A stretch of DNA of 64,000 bases from Escherichia coli (GTDB lineage Bacteria; Pseudomonadota; Gammaproteobacteria; Enterobacterales; Enterobacteriaceae). The stretch lies in assembly GCF_013315695.1 (NCBI RefSeq), contig NZ_CP054353.1, one strand, 5' to 3'. Position numbers and translations under genes: made by a program. Below, piece by piece: positions 43,406 through 52,952 of the stretch; the first letter of the stretch is position 1; each line of letters starts with the position of its first letter. The notes below the pieces were generated by a model. The model had not been told where the DNA came from and made no database searches. It saw only the letters and a program-made list of their open reading frames with translations.

Positions 43406-44310
43406 GATTTCGCTCCCGGTAGAGTGATGCCAGAGAAAATCTTGATAACTGCGCTATCGTCTTCTTTCCCGTAACCCGCGTTACTGGCGCTGGTGAACAT
43501 ATTCAATGCTGTTGAGGCCAATGGCAGCGGGAAGTGCAGGGCTTTGGCTGTATCGGCAACCAGACCAAGATCCTTAACAAAAATATCGACGGCTGAATGC
43601 GGGGTGTAATCGCCATCCACCACATGACGCATCCGGTTTTCGAACATCCAGGAATTTCCGGCGGCATTGGTCACGACGTCATACATCACATCCAGCGGGA
43701 TCCCCGCACGGGCTGCAAGTGCCATCGCTTCGGCTCCGGCAGCAATATGTACGCCCGCTAACAACTGGTGAATAATTTTTACGGTCGAACCTGGTCCCGG
43801 TTCTGCACCTATGCGATAAACTTTTCCGGCAACGGCTTCCAGCACGGGTGCCAGTCGTTCAAAGGCAATATCGCTACCGGAGGCCATGACAGTCATTTCA
43901 CCGTTAGCGGCTTTTACTGCACCACCAGAAACTGGCGCATCCAGCATTTCCAGATCGAATCCAGCCAGAGCGGTAGCAATTTCTTGCGCATCAGCACTAG
44001 CGATAGTGGAAGAAACCATTACTGCCGTACCGGGTTTCAGATGTTGTGCAACGCCTGTTTCACCAAACAGCACCTGTTTAACCTGGGCCGCATTGACCAC
44101 CAGCACCAGCAGAGCGTCCAGTTTTTCGGCAAACGTCGCGGCGTTATCAGAAACCCCGCAAGCACCTGCCTCTTTCAACGTAGCGCAGGCATTGCTGTTC
44201 AGGTCTGCGCCCCAGGTAGAAAGACCTGCGCGGACACATGACAGTGCTGCTCCCATTCCCATTGACCCTAAGCCAACGATACCGACATGAAACTCAGATC
44301 CCGTTTTCAT
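43402..44310 (-). CDS. ygbJ: NAD-dependent 3-hydroxyisobutyrate dehydrogenase-family enzyme (L-threonate dehydrogenase type)
   Basis: 302-aa ORF with N-terminal Rossmann motif VGIVGLGSMGMGAA. Confidence 0.85.
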   Translation of the reverse strand: MKTGSEFHVGIVGLGSMGMGAALSCVRAGLSTWGADLNSNACATLKEAGACGVSDNAATFAEKLDALLVLVVNAAQVKQVLFGETGVAQHLKPGTAVMVSSTIASADAQEIATALAGFDLEMLDAPVSGGAVKAANGEMTVMASGSDIAFERLAPVLEAVAGKVYRIGAEPGPGSTVKIIHQLLAGVHIAAGAEAMALAARAGIPLDVMYDVVTNAAGNSWMFENRMRHVVDGDYTPHSAVDIFVKDLGLVADTAKALHFPLPLASTALNMFTSASNAGYGKEDDSAVIKIFSGITLPGAKS

Positions 44311-44381
44311 CTGCTCTCCTTGTTAATTTAAGTGATATTTTGTTTGATATTGTGAATATAAGCGCTGGAAGATAACGATAT

Positions 44382-44397
44382 GGTGAGCTGATTCACA
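44382..44397. promoter_or_regulatory. CRP-like site in the ygbJ/ygbI divergent region
   Basis: GGTGAGCTGATTCACA matches TGTGA-N6-TCACA with one mismatch; additional TGTGAA motifs at 44351 and 44423 may be DeoR-type operator repeats. Confidence 0.3.
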
Positions 44398-44475
44398 AAA
44401 ATTAACATTGTGTGTTATTTTATGTGAACTAAGCGTTAGTTGCGCCGCGCACGTTTCGCAGGCAAATAGCGTAGA

Positions 44476-45273
44476 ATGTCAGCAGGACAAAGGAAGGAGC
44501 AAAAGTTGATACCCGTAGAGCGTCGCCAAATCATCCTTGAGATGGTAGCTGAAAAAGGCATTGTCAGTATTGCTGAACTAACGGACAGAATGAATGTGTC
44601 ACATATGACCATTCGTCGGGATTTACAAAAACTGGAGCAGCAGGGAGCCGTTGTGCTGGTGTCCGGAGGCGTCCAGTCTCCGGGACGCGTGGCGCATGAA
44701 CCTTCTCATCAGGTAAAAACTGCGCTGGCAATGACGCAAAAAGCGGCTATTGGCAAGCTGGCGGCAAGTCTTGTTCAGCCGGGAAGTTGTATCTATCTGG
44801 ATGCGGGAACGACCACGCTAGCGATAGCACAGCATCTGATTCACATGGAGTCACTGACTGTGGTCACAAACGATTTCGTTATTGCGGACTACTTGCTCGA
44901 CAACAGTAATTGCACAATTATTCACACTGGCGGTGCAGTGTGTCGGGAAAACCGTTCCTGTGTCGGGGAAGCCGCTGCGACCATGCTGCGCAGCCTGATG
45001 ATTGATCAGGCTTTTATTTCTGCATCGTCATGGAGTGTGCGGGGGATTTCTACGCCAGCGGAAGATAAAGTCACGGTGAAACGGGCGATTGCCAGTGCCA
45101 GCCGCCAGCGAGTTTTGGTCTGTGATGCGACGAAATATGGTCAGGTGGCGACATGGCTGGCGTTACCATTAAGCGAGTTTGATCAGATTATTACAGACGA
45201 CGGTTTGCCGGAGAGTGCCAGTCGCGCGCTGGCGAAGCAGGATCTCTCTTTGCTGGTAGCGAAAAATGAATAA
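44476..45273 (+). CDS. ygbI: DeoR-family transcriptional regulator
   Basis: N-terminal HTH (SIAELTDRMNVSHMTIRRDL) plus DeoR C-terminal sensor domain; an alternative TTG start 10 codons downstream (MIPVERRQ...) follows a GGAGG-like RBS. Confidence 0.8.
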   Translation: MSAGQRKEQKLIPVERRQIILEMVAEKGIVSIAELTDRMNVSHMTIRRDLQKLEQQGAVVLVSGGVQSPGRVAHEPSHQVKTALAMTQKAAIGKLAASLVQPGSCIYLDAGTTTLAIAQHLIHMESLTVVTNDFVIADYLLDNSNCTIIHTGGAVCRENRSCVGEAAATMLRSLMIDQAFISASSWSVRGISTPAEDKVTVKRAIASASRQRVLVCDATKYGQVATWLALPLSEFDQIITDDGLPESASRALAKQDLSLLVAKNE

Positions 45274-45295
45274 TGGCCTGCAATAACACCGGGTT

Positions 45296-45321
45296 ACTCA
45301 TGCTTCACAGAAGAAGCATGA
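45296..45321. terminator. Hairpin between convergent ygbI and pphB
   Basis: CTCATGCTTC-ACAGAA-GAAGCATGAG, a 10-bp perfect stem, followed by TTTATTTT. Confidence 0.5.
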
Positions 45322-45323
45322 GA

Positions 45324-45980
45324 CTACTTTATTTTATAAAATGACAGCCGCCCGCTTTTCGGCGATCCGGTATCAATATAAATCTGGTTAGCGAACGTCT
45401 GAGTGTTATCAAACATCATATGACCAAATATAAAGAAGTCGGCACCGTTTATTTTTTGTAATTCGCTATTAAGTGATTTCTGCACACGATCAACAGGCCA
45501 GAGTAATTCGCTCTCCGCTATTTCTTTGCCAAACTGATACTCCTTCCCCGGATAATCTGCATGTGCGATGACATATTTTATGTTGTCGTTAGTGATTTCA
45601 ATAATATGTGGAAGGTGATGAAATTTCAGCAACAGATCTATTGCCGCTTGTTGCTCTGAATCATTTAAATCGAAAAACCAGTCACCACCGCTGGCAAGCC
45701 ACATATTTCCATCGCCAGTTTCGAATGCATCCAACGCCATCGCTTCGTGGTTGCCTTTAACCGACGTAAACCAGGGCTGGTTTAACAGGCGTAGCACGTT
45801 AAGACTCTCCGGCCCACGATCAATGTTGTCGCCGACAGAAATAAGTAAGTCTTTTTCGGGGCAAAAAGAGCGTTGATGTAAGCGGGATTGTAATAATTGA
45901 TAGTCACCATGAATATCACCAACGGCCCATATATGGCGATAGTGATGGGCATTGATTTTTTGATAGCGTGTAGATGGCAT
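45324..45980 (-). CDS. pphB: Serine/threonine protein phosphatase 2 (PPP family metallophosphatase)
   Basis: 218-aa ORF with GDIHGD and GNHE metallophosphatase motifs. Confidence 0.85.
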   Translation of the reverse strand: MPSTRYQKINAHHYRHIWAVGDIHGDYQLLQSRLHQRSFCPEKDLLISVGDNIDRGPESLNVLRLLNQPWFTSVKGNHEAMALDAFETGDGNMWLASGGDWFFDLNDSEQQAAIDLLLKFHHLPHIIEITNDNIKYVIAHADYPGKEYQFGKEIAESELLWPVDRVQKSLNSELQKINGADFFIFGHMMFDNTQTFANQIYIDTGSPKSGRLSFYKIK

Positions 45981-46085
45981 GGTTTTACCCTGTAAAATAA
46001 GATTTCCTATTATACAGGGTATTTTTATTTGATTCGTCAGTTGTCGTTAATATTCCCGATAGCAAAAGACTATCGGGAATTGTTA

Positions 46086-48647
46086 TTACACCAGACTCTT
46101 CAAGCGATAAATCCACTCCAGCGCCTGACGCGGAGTCAGTGAATCCGGGTCGAGGTTTTCCAGTGCCTCGACCGCAGGCGAAGTTTCTTCTGGTACGGAC
46201 AGCAAAGACATCTGCGTGCCATCCACTTGCGTAGCGGCGGCGTTCGGCGAAATGCTTTCCAGCTCACGCAGTTTTTGCCGTGCGCGCTTAATCACCTCTT
46301 TTGGCACGCCCGCCAGAGCAGCAACCGCCAGGCCGTAGCTTTTGCTCGCCGCGCCGTCCTGTACGCTGTGCATAAAGGCGATGGTGTCGCCGTGCTCCAG
46401 CGCATCGAGGTGCACGTTAGCCACGCCTTCCATTTTCTCCGGCAGTTGAGTCAGCTCGAAGTAATGGGTGGCAAACAACGTCAATGCCTTAATCTTATTC
46501 GCCAGATTTTCAGCGCACGCCCACGCCAGCGACAGACCATCGTAAGTGGACGTTCCACGCCCAATCTCATCCATCAACACCAGGCTGTACTCCGTGGCGT
46601 TATGCAGAATATTGGCGGTTTCGGTCATCTCCACCATAAAGGTTGAACGCCCGGATGCCAGATCGTCAGCCGCGCCCACACGGGTAAAGATACGGTCAAT
46701 CGGGCCAATCTCGACTTTTTGCGCCGGTACGTAGCTGCCGATATAGGCCATCAGCGCAATCAGTGCGGTCTGGCGCATATAGGTACTTTTACCGCCCATG
46801 TTCGGACCGGTGATGATCAACATGCGACGCTGCGGCGACAGGTTCAGCGGGTTAGCGATAAACGGCTCATTCAGTACCTGTTCAACTACCGGATGGCGAC
46901 CTTCGGTAATGCGAATACCCGGTTTATCAATGAAGGTCGGGCAGGTGTAGTTCAGGGTATAGGCCCGTTCCGCCAGGTTCACCAGTACGTCGAGTTCTGC
47001 CAGTGCGCTCGCGCTCTGTTGCAACGTTTCCAGATGCGGCAACAGCAGGTCGAACAACTCTTCATAAAGCTGTTTTTCCAGTGCCAGTGCTTTACCTTTC
47101 GAGGTGAGTACTTTGTCTTCATACTCTTTTAGCTCTGGAATAATGTAGCGTTCGGCGTTTTTCAGCGTCTGGCGACGCATATAGTTGATGGGTGCCAGAT
47201 GGCTTTGTCCACGGCTGATCTGAATGTAATAACCATGAACCGCGTTAAAGCCGACTTTCAGCGTGTCCAGGCCAGTACGTTCACGCTCGCGGACTTCCAG
47301 ACGCTCCAGATAATCGGTCGCGCCGTCAGCCAGCGCGCGCCACTCATCCAGCTCTTCGTTATAGCCCGGTGCGATAACACCACCGTCGCGTACCAGCACT
47401 GGCGGTGTGTCGATGATTGCTCGCTCCAGCAGATCGCGCAGCTCGGCAAACTCGCCCATTTTTTCACGCAGCGCCTGTACCGGAGCGCTATCGACATTTT
47501 CTAATAGTGCACGCAGCTCCGGCAGTTGCTGGAAAGCGTGACGCATACGGGCCAGATCGCGTGGGCGAGCAGTTCGTAAAGCCAGACGCGCCAGAATACG
47601 TTCCAGGTCGCCGACCTGACGCAGTACCGGCTGCAGCTCGGCGGTGAAATCCTGCAATGCGCCAATAGTTTGCTGGCGCTCAAGCAACACGCGGGTATCG
47701 CGCACTGGCATATGCAGCCAGCGTTTCAGCATACGGCTGCCCATCGGCGTGACGGTGCAGTCGAGCACAGAAGCCAGCGTATTTTCCGCACCACCCGCCA
47801 GATTCTGGGTGATTTCCAGGTTACGACGCGTCGCGGCATCCATAATGATGCTGTCCTGCTCACGTTCCATAGTGATAGAACGAATATGCGGCAGGGTCGT
47901 GCGTTGGGTATCTTTCGCATATTGCAACAGACAACCGGCGGCACAAAGTCCGCGCGGTGCGTTCTCGACGCCAAAACTGACCAGATCGCGAGTGCCAAAT
48001 TGCAGGTTTAACTGCTGGCGCGCGGTGTCGATTTCAAACTCCCACAGCGGGCGACGACGCAGGCCGCGGCGACCTTCAATCAGCGACATCTCGGCGAAAT
48101 CTTCCGCATACAGTAATTCCGCTGGATTCGTACGTTGCAGTTCTGCCGCCATCGTTTCGCGGTCCGCCGGTTCGCTCAGGCGAAAACGACCGGAACTGAT
48201 ATCCAGCGTTGCGTAGCCGAAACCTTTACTGTCCTGCCAGATAGCCGCCAGCAGGTTGTCCTGACGTTCCTGCAACAGTGCTTCATCGCTGATGGTGCCC
48301 GGCGTAACGATACGGACAACTTTGCGCTCGACCGGCCCTTTGCTGGTCGCTGGATCGCCAATTTGTTCGCAGATGGCAACGGACTCGCCCTGGTTCACCA
48401 GTTTGGCGAGGTAGTTTTCCACCGCATGGTAGGGAATCCCCGCCATCGGGATTGGCTCTCCCGCTGAAGCACCGCGTTTGGTCAGTGAAATATCCAGCAG
48501 TTGCGACGCCCGTTTTGCGTCGTCATAAAACAGTTCATAAAAGTCGCCCATCCGGTAAAACAGCAGGATCTCGGGATGCTGGGCTTTCAGCTTGAGATAT
48601 TGCTGCATCATGGGCGTATGGGCATCGAAATTTTCTATTGCACTCAT
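46086..48647 (-). CDS. mutS: DNA mismatch repair protein MutS
   Basis: 853-aa ORF with Walker [10 protein letters not shown] and the MutS domain series. Confidence 0.95.
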   Translation of the reverse strand: MSAIENFDAHTPMMQQYLKLKAQHPEILLFYRMGDFYELFYDDAKRASQLLDISLTKRGASAGEPIPMAGIPYHAVENYLAKLVNQGESVAICEQIGDPATSKGPVERKVVRIVTPGTISDEALLQERQDNLLAAIWQDSKGFGYATLDISSGRFRLSEPADRETMAAELQRTNPAELLYAEDFAEMSLIEGRRGLRRRPLWEFEIDTARQQLNLQFGTRDLVSFGVENAPRGLCAAGCLLQYAKDTQRTTLPHIRSITMEREQDSIIMDAATRRNLEITQNLAGGAENTLASVLDCTVTPMGSRMLKRWLHMPVRDTRVLLERQQTIGALQDFTAELQPVLRQVGDLERILARLALRTARPRDLARMRHAFQQLPELRALLENVDSAPVQALREKMGEFAELRDLLERAIIDTPPVLVRDGGVIAPGYNEELDEWRALADGATDYLERLEVRERERTGLDTLKVGFNAVHGYYIQISRGQSHLAPINYMRRQTLKNAERYIIPELKEYEDKVLTSKGKALALEKQLYEELFDLLLPHLETLQQSASALAELDVLVNLAERAYTLNYTCPTFIDKPGIRITEGRHPVVEQVLNEPFIANPLNLSPQRRMLIITGPNMGGKSTYMRQTALIALMAYIGSYVPAQKVEIGPIDRIFTRVGAADDLASGRSTFMVEMTETANILHNATEYSLVLMDEIGRGTSTYDGLSLAWACAENLANKIKALTLFATHYFELTQLPEKMEGVANVHLDALEHGDTIAFMHSVQDGAASKSYGLAVAALAGVPKEVIKRARQKLRELESISPNAAATQVDGTQMSLLSVPEETSPAVEALENLDPDSLTPRQALEWIYRLKSLV

Positions 48648-48893
48648 GGGGTTATGTCCGGTTCCCTGATATTAAATGGGGTGTGATGGTTTTTATTTTC
48701 GTTGTTATCACATAAGGCGCACATGATACCGGAGTTAATCATTTCAGGGGAAGAAGCGAACGGCGAGTTCTTGATGGTGATTCCGGGAAAGATGCTGTTT
48801 TGCAGCTTTTGCGTGATGCTTATGAAGCAAGTACGCAAAATTGCGTCGGTTGAATAAACCTCCTCCTTCAGAGCCATAGTCCCCTTTCAAATT

Positions 48894-48916
48894 AAGTTGT
48901 AATATAAATACACCTT
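48894..48916. promoter_or_regulatory. NsrR-like inverted repeat upstream of ygbA
   Basis: AAGTTGTAATATAAATACACCTT resembles the 11-1-11 NsrR box (AAGATGCATTT-N-AAATGCATCTT) and sits 18 bp upstream of the ygbA start; ygbA as an NsrR regulon member is established knowledge. Confidence 0.35.
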
Positions 48917-48933
48917 AAGAGTATGGAGGCAGC

Positions 48934-49278
48934 ATGTCCGGCAAGCGTATCTCTCGTGAAAAACTGACGATTAAAAAAATGATCGATCTTTATCAAGCGA
49001 AATGCCCGCAGGCGTCAGCAGAGCCGGAGCATTACGAGGCGTTGTTTGCTTACGCGCAAAAGCGGCTGGATAAATGTGTGTTCGGCGAAGAGAAACCAGC
49101 CTGTAAGCAGTGTCCGGTGCACTGTTACCAGCCAGCAAAGCGTGAAGAGATGAAACAGATTATGCGTTGGGCCGGGCCGCGAATGCTGTGGCGTCATCCG
49201 ATCTTAACCGTGCGTCATCTCATCGATGACAAGCGTCCGGTGCCGGAGTTGCCAGAAAAATATCGTCCAAAGAAATAA
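48934..49278 (+). CDS. ygbA: Nitrous oxide-stimulated promoter family protein (YgbA-like, Cys-rich)
   Basis: 114-aa ORF with GGAGG RBS and CxxC motifs (CKQCPVHCY). Confidence 0.8.
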   Translation: MSGKRISREKLTIKKMIDLYQAKCPQASAEPEHYEALFAYAQKRLDKCVFGEEKPACKQCPVHCYQPAKREEMKQIMRWAGPRMLWRHPILTVRHLIDDKRPVPELPEKYRPKK

Positions 49279-49282
49279 ATCT

Positions 49283-49305
49283 GCCGGAGAGCCATACTCT
49301 CCGGC
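49283..49305 (-). terminator. Terminator hairpin downstream of the molbindin gene (minus strand)
   Basis: GCCGGAGAG-CCATA-CTCTCCGGC; on the minus strand it is followed by a U-rich tract (AGAUUUAUUUCUUU). Confidence 0.45.
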
Positions 49306-49316
49306 AAATAAGGCGT

Positions 49317-49745
49317 TTACGCTTTGGTGGCAATCAGGATGGCTGATGCTTTGATCAATGCAATAACGCGCGAGCCAGTGGTGAGTTTCATTTCATCCTG
49401 ACTTTCATTTGTTACCACTGCCACAATTTCAAAACCCGCATCCGTTTTGATATGGACAGTGGCGTTCACTGCGCCTTCGGTGATTGTCGACACGCTGCCA
49501 GCAAACTGGTTGCGAGCAGAGAATTTCAGTCCACAGTCTTCCGTTGCCAGTGTTACCCACGGGGCTTTAATCAGGGCAATCGCTTCTTTCCCTTTTGCCA
49601 GACCAAGAGCCTGCTGGCTGCTGTGTGTAACAATTGCCACCAGCTTTGCACCACCTGCCAGCGTCAGTTCTACTTCATCATTCACAGCGCCCATTGCTAC
49701 TGCGCTAACTGTTCCGGTTAATTGATTTCTTGCTGAAACTGCCAT
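49317..49745 (-). CDS. Tandem TOBE-domain molybdate/tungstate-binding protein (molbindin, Mop-like), 142 aa
   Basis: Two TOBE repeats each starting with the SARNQ signature (MAVSARNQLTGTVSAV... and KFSARNQFAGSVSTI...); start placed at the ATG 7 nt after AAAGGAGG (the track ORF from 49784 is over-extended); 44 bp downstream of fhlA on the same strand with no intervening terminator. Confidence 0.8.
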   Translation of the reverse strand: MAVSARNQLTGTVSAVAMGAVNDEVELTLAGGAKLVAIVTHSSQQALGLAKGKEAIALIKAPWVTLATEDCGLKFSARNQFAGSVSTITEGAVNATVHIKTDAGFEIVAVVTNESQDEMKLTTGSRVIALIKASAILIATKA

Positions 49746-49789
49746 ACTGCCTCCTTTCATTGAATGTTGATCGAGTATAACCACATCTG

Positions 49790-51868
49790 TTAAATCAATG
49801 CCGATTTATCAATTCCCAGTCGCTTCATCCGTGACAGCAGAGTCGTGCGTTTCAGCCCCAGACGTTGCGCAGCGCCTTTAGGCCCGGCAACCACGCCGTT
49901 TGTTTCTTTCAGCACGCGAACAATCAACTGATATTCATCTTCGCCCTCCTGGGCGACAACCGTTGCGGCAGGCGGCGTTTCAGGTTCTGGTAAAGCAATA
50001 TCTGGCAATGACAGCTGCAGCACGTTGCCGCGTGTTAGCAATACCGCGCGCTCGATGACGTTTTCCAGCTCACGCACGTTGCCCGGCCATTCCATGTTGC
50101 TCAGGATGCGCAGCGTCTCGGCAGGAATGCTGTCGATATTGCGCCCCAGACGACGGGCAATTTTGAAGGTAAAGGCTTTCGCCAGCAGCGGAATATCTTC
50201 CGGACGCTCGCGTAGTGGCGGCAGGTGGATCGGGAATACGTTCAGGCGGTAATAGAGATCACTACGGAACTCTCGGTCGGCGACCATTTTTTTCAGATCG
50301 CGGTTAGTCGCGGCAATTAAACGTACGTCCGTCTGAATGATTTTGTTGCTGCCGAGGCGTTCAAACTCCTGTTCCTGTAATACACGCAGCAACTTCGGCT
50401 GTAACTCCAGCGGCATATCGCCCACTTCGTCGAGGAACAGGGAGCTTTTATCCGCCAGTTCAAAACGACCAATGCGCTGGGCGCTGGCACCGGTAAAAGC
50501 CCCACGCTCATGACCAAACAGATCGCTCTCCAGCAATCCGGCAGGCATCGCCGCGCAGTTCATTTTTACCATGCGGCGATTATTACGCCCACTGAGATTA
50601 TGGATAGCACGGGCAATCAGCTCTTTACCCGTGCCAGTTTCACCGAGGATCAGCACGGTACTGTCACTTTGCGCCACCATTTCAACTTGTTTAAGCACGC
50701 TGTACATGGCTTCGCTGCGGCCAATAATCTCGCCAAATTCACTATCAACATTGTTGAGCTGCTCGGTCAGGGCGAGGTTTTCATCAACCAGCCGTTCTTT
50801 CAGACGATGGATTTCCTGATAGGCGAGGGCGTTATCGACAGCGATTGCCACACGTTCGGCAATCTGGCGCAGTAAATTCAGATTGGTAGTGGTAAACACT
50901 TTCTCTTCGCATTGCGCCAGTTTCAGCACGCCCAGCATGGTGTCGCCAGACATCAGCGGTAACAGGCACAAGGTTTGAATCTGGTTGCCCCAGGTGTCGA
51001 ACAACATGCGTTCATAGGGGGCTAAATCGTCCCGCTCGTGGAGATTAATCAACAGCATCTCTTTACTTTTGAAGACGCGTTCGGTGAGGGTTCCGGCTTC
51101 ATCGACTTCGCTCTGTTCGTGGGCGGGATGCTGTTTATCAAGATAGTGAGTGGAGTAGATGTTGAGTTTGTTTTTACGGTGGCTGCGTAAGACGATGCTG
51201 ATATCGTCAATGTCGAAGTAGTAATGGATTTCTTTGGCGACTTCGCTGACCAGTTCGTCCATATCCAGGCGGGAAAGCACCGCGTTGGTAATGGCAACCA
51301 GGATGCGGAAGTTATCGCGCTCCCGGCATAACAACTCATAGTCGACATTGTTAACGACGCGGCTCTGGATTTGTTCGGTGACGACCGAAACGATCTGCGT
51401 AAATGTTTGCAGACGATTGAACTCTTTTTCGCTCCAGGGGCGATCGTCATAACGAATAAATTCACAGCCACCAAAAATATGCCCTTCCGCCGCCAGTGGC
51501 ATCAGGCAATAGTGACCAAATTTGGGGTATAGTCCACCTGCGGCCAGCTGCGGCCAGGTTTCACAAAATTCTTCGTAACTGCAATGCAGCGTATCAGGGC
51601 GCGACAAAATGCTGCGTACCGGACCGTGTGCCAGAACAGTTTCGTCTTCATATTTAATGGGGGTGTCTTTTTCACGCGACGCGTAATAAGACGCACGTTG
51701 AGTCTGCGCTTGCCACAACACAATAGCCGCGTTGTCGGCGAGCGCAGAACGCTTTACCAGTTGCGAAAGAGCCTCACACAGCGAGGCCAGATCGGGCTGC
51801 TGCAATAGTGTCCGAGTGATGTCGAACAACCCTTGTTGTCCGAGATCACTCATCGGTGTATATGACAT
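49790..51868 (-). CDS. fhlA: Formate hydrogenlyase transcriptional activator (sigma-54 enhancer-binding protein)
   Basis: 692 aa from MSYTPMSDLGQQ...; GAF domains, AAA+ sigma-54 activation domain (GETGTGKE, GAFTGA) and C-terminal HTH. Confidence 0.9.
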   Translation of the reverse strand: MSYTPMSDLGQQGLFDITRTLLQQPDLASLCEALSQLVKRSALADNAAIVLWQAQTQRASYYASREKDTPIKYEDETVLAHGPVRSILSRPDTLHCSYEEFCETWPQLAAGGLYPKFGHYCLMPLAAEGHIFGGCEFIRYDDRPWSEKEFNRLQTFTQIVSVVTEQIQSRVVNNVDYELLCRERDNFRILVAITNAVLSRLDMDELVSEVAKEIHYYFDIDDISIVLRSHRKNKLNIYSTHYLDKQHPAHEQSEVDEAGTLTERVFKSKEMLLINLHERDDLAPYERMLFDTWGNQIQTLCLLPLMSGDTMLGVLKLAQCEEKVFTTTNLNLLRQIAERVAIAVDNALAYQEIHRLKERLVDENLALTEQLNNVDSEFGEIIGRSEAMYSVLKQVEMVAQSDSTVLILGETGTGKELIARAIHNLSGRNNRRMVKMNCAAMPAGLLESDLFGHERGAFTGASAQRIGRFELADKSSLFLDEVGDMPLELQPKLLRVLQEQEFERLGSNKIIQTDVRLIAATNRDLKKMVADREFRSDLYYRLNVFPIHLPPLRERPEDIPLLAKAFTFKIARRLGRNIDSIPAETLRILSNMEWPGNVRELENVIERAVLLTRGNVLQLSLPDIALPEPETPPAATVVAQEGEDEYQLIVRVLKETNGVVAGPKGAAQRLGLKRTTLLSRMKRLGIDKSALI

Positions 51869-51941
51869 TTTGTTCTTCCAGGAAAGCACCGCAAAGCGGT
51901 GCAAAAGGTCATTGACTAACTATAGGAGATTTAGAATTTTA

Positions 51942-52952
51942 TTAGCATATACGCGGAAGCGGTTCGGCGTGTGGTAAATCGAGGGTTCGTTTCACGCCAT
52001 ACAGACCGGCAAGACGAACACCTTTACGTTCCACCACTTCACCAATCAGCGCCGCGTCTTTTCCCAATGGATGGGAATGTAACGCCGCCAGCACTTGCTC
52101 TGCTGCGTTGCGTTCAACGGCGATCACCAGTTTGCCTTCGTTGGCAAAATTAAGGGCGTCCAGTCCCAGCAGTTCGCAAACGCCGCGTACAGCAGGTTTA
52201 ACCGGCAGTGCCGCTTCTGAAATTTCAATACCACAACCGCAGGCTGCCGCGAACTCATGAACTACCGCGTTCACTCCACCACGGGTGGCATCACGCAGCG
52301 CTTTCACGCCGGGAATGTCACGCAGCGTCTGAATAACCGGCGTTAGTACCGCACAGTCGCTTACCAGTTCGCCATCCAGCCCCAGCTGCTCACGCAGGTT
52401 AAGGATAGTCGCCCCGTGGTCGCCGAGAGTTCCACTCACCAGCAGAACATCGCCTGCGGTTAGCGTTTGTGCGCCCCAGTGAATATTCGCCGGAATTGCG
52501 CCCATGCCAGCGGTGTTGATAAACAGTTTATCTGCCGCGCCGCGCTGCACCACTTTAGTATCGCCAGTAACGATGGCAATGCCTGCCGCGCGGGCGGTTT
52601 CTGCCATGCTGGTCACTACGGCTTTCAGTGTCTCCATCGGCAATCCTTCTTCGAGGATAAAGCCACAGGAGAGATAGCGCGGAATAGCGCCACTGACCGC
52701 AACGTCATTCGCGGTGCCGCAAATCGCCAGCTTGCCGATATTACCGCCAGGGAAGAACAGCGGGTCAATAACGTAACTGTCGGTGGAGAACGCCAGACGG
52801 TCGCCTTCCGCCACCAGTTGTGCCAGATCAAGGCGCGCCTGGTCTTCCTGTTCTGCCAGCCACGGATTGGAAAAAGCTTCCATAAACAGGCTGTTGATTA
52901 ATTGCTGCATCGCCTGGCCGCCGCTGCCGTGGGCGAGTTGGATATTATTCAC
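51942..52952 (-). CDS. hypE: [NiFe]-hydrogenase maturation protein HypE
   Basis: 336-aa ORF ending in the ...PRIC C-terminus characteristic of HypE. Confidence 0.9.
   Translation of the reverse strand: MNNIQLAHGSGGQAMQQLINSLFMEAFSNPWLAEQEDQARLDLAQLVAEGDRLAFSTDSYVIDPLFFPGGNIGKLAICGTANDVAVSGAIPRYLSCGFILEEGLPMETLKAVVTSMAETARAAGIAIVTGDTKVVQRGAADKLFINTAGMGAIPANIHWGAQTLTAGDVLLVSGTLGDHGATILNLREQLGLDGELVSDCAVLTPVIQTLRDIPGVKALRDATRGGVNAVVHEFAAACGCGIEISEAALPVKPAVRGVCELLGLDALNFANEGKLVIAVERNAAEQVLAALHSHPLGKDAALIGEVVERKGVRLAGLYGVKRTLDLPHAEPLPRIC

Noticed and set aside
49746-49784. Longer start for the molbindin gene (track ORF beginning MVILDQHSMKGGSMAVS)
   Set aside because: The AAAGGAGG RBS sits inside this extension, directly in front of the downstream ATG, so the 142-aa form is preferred.
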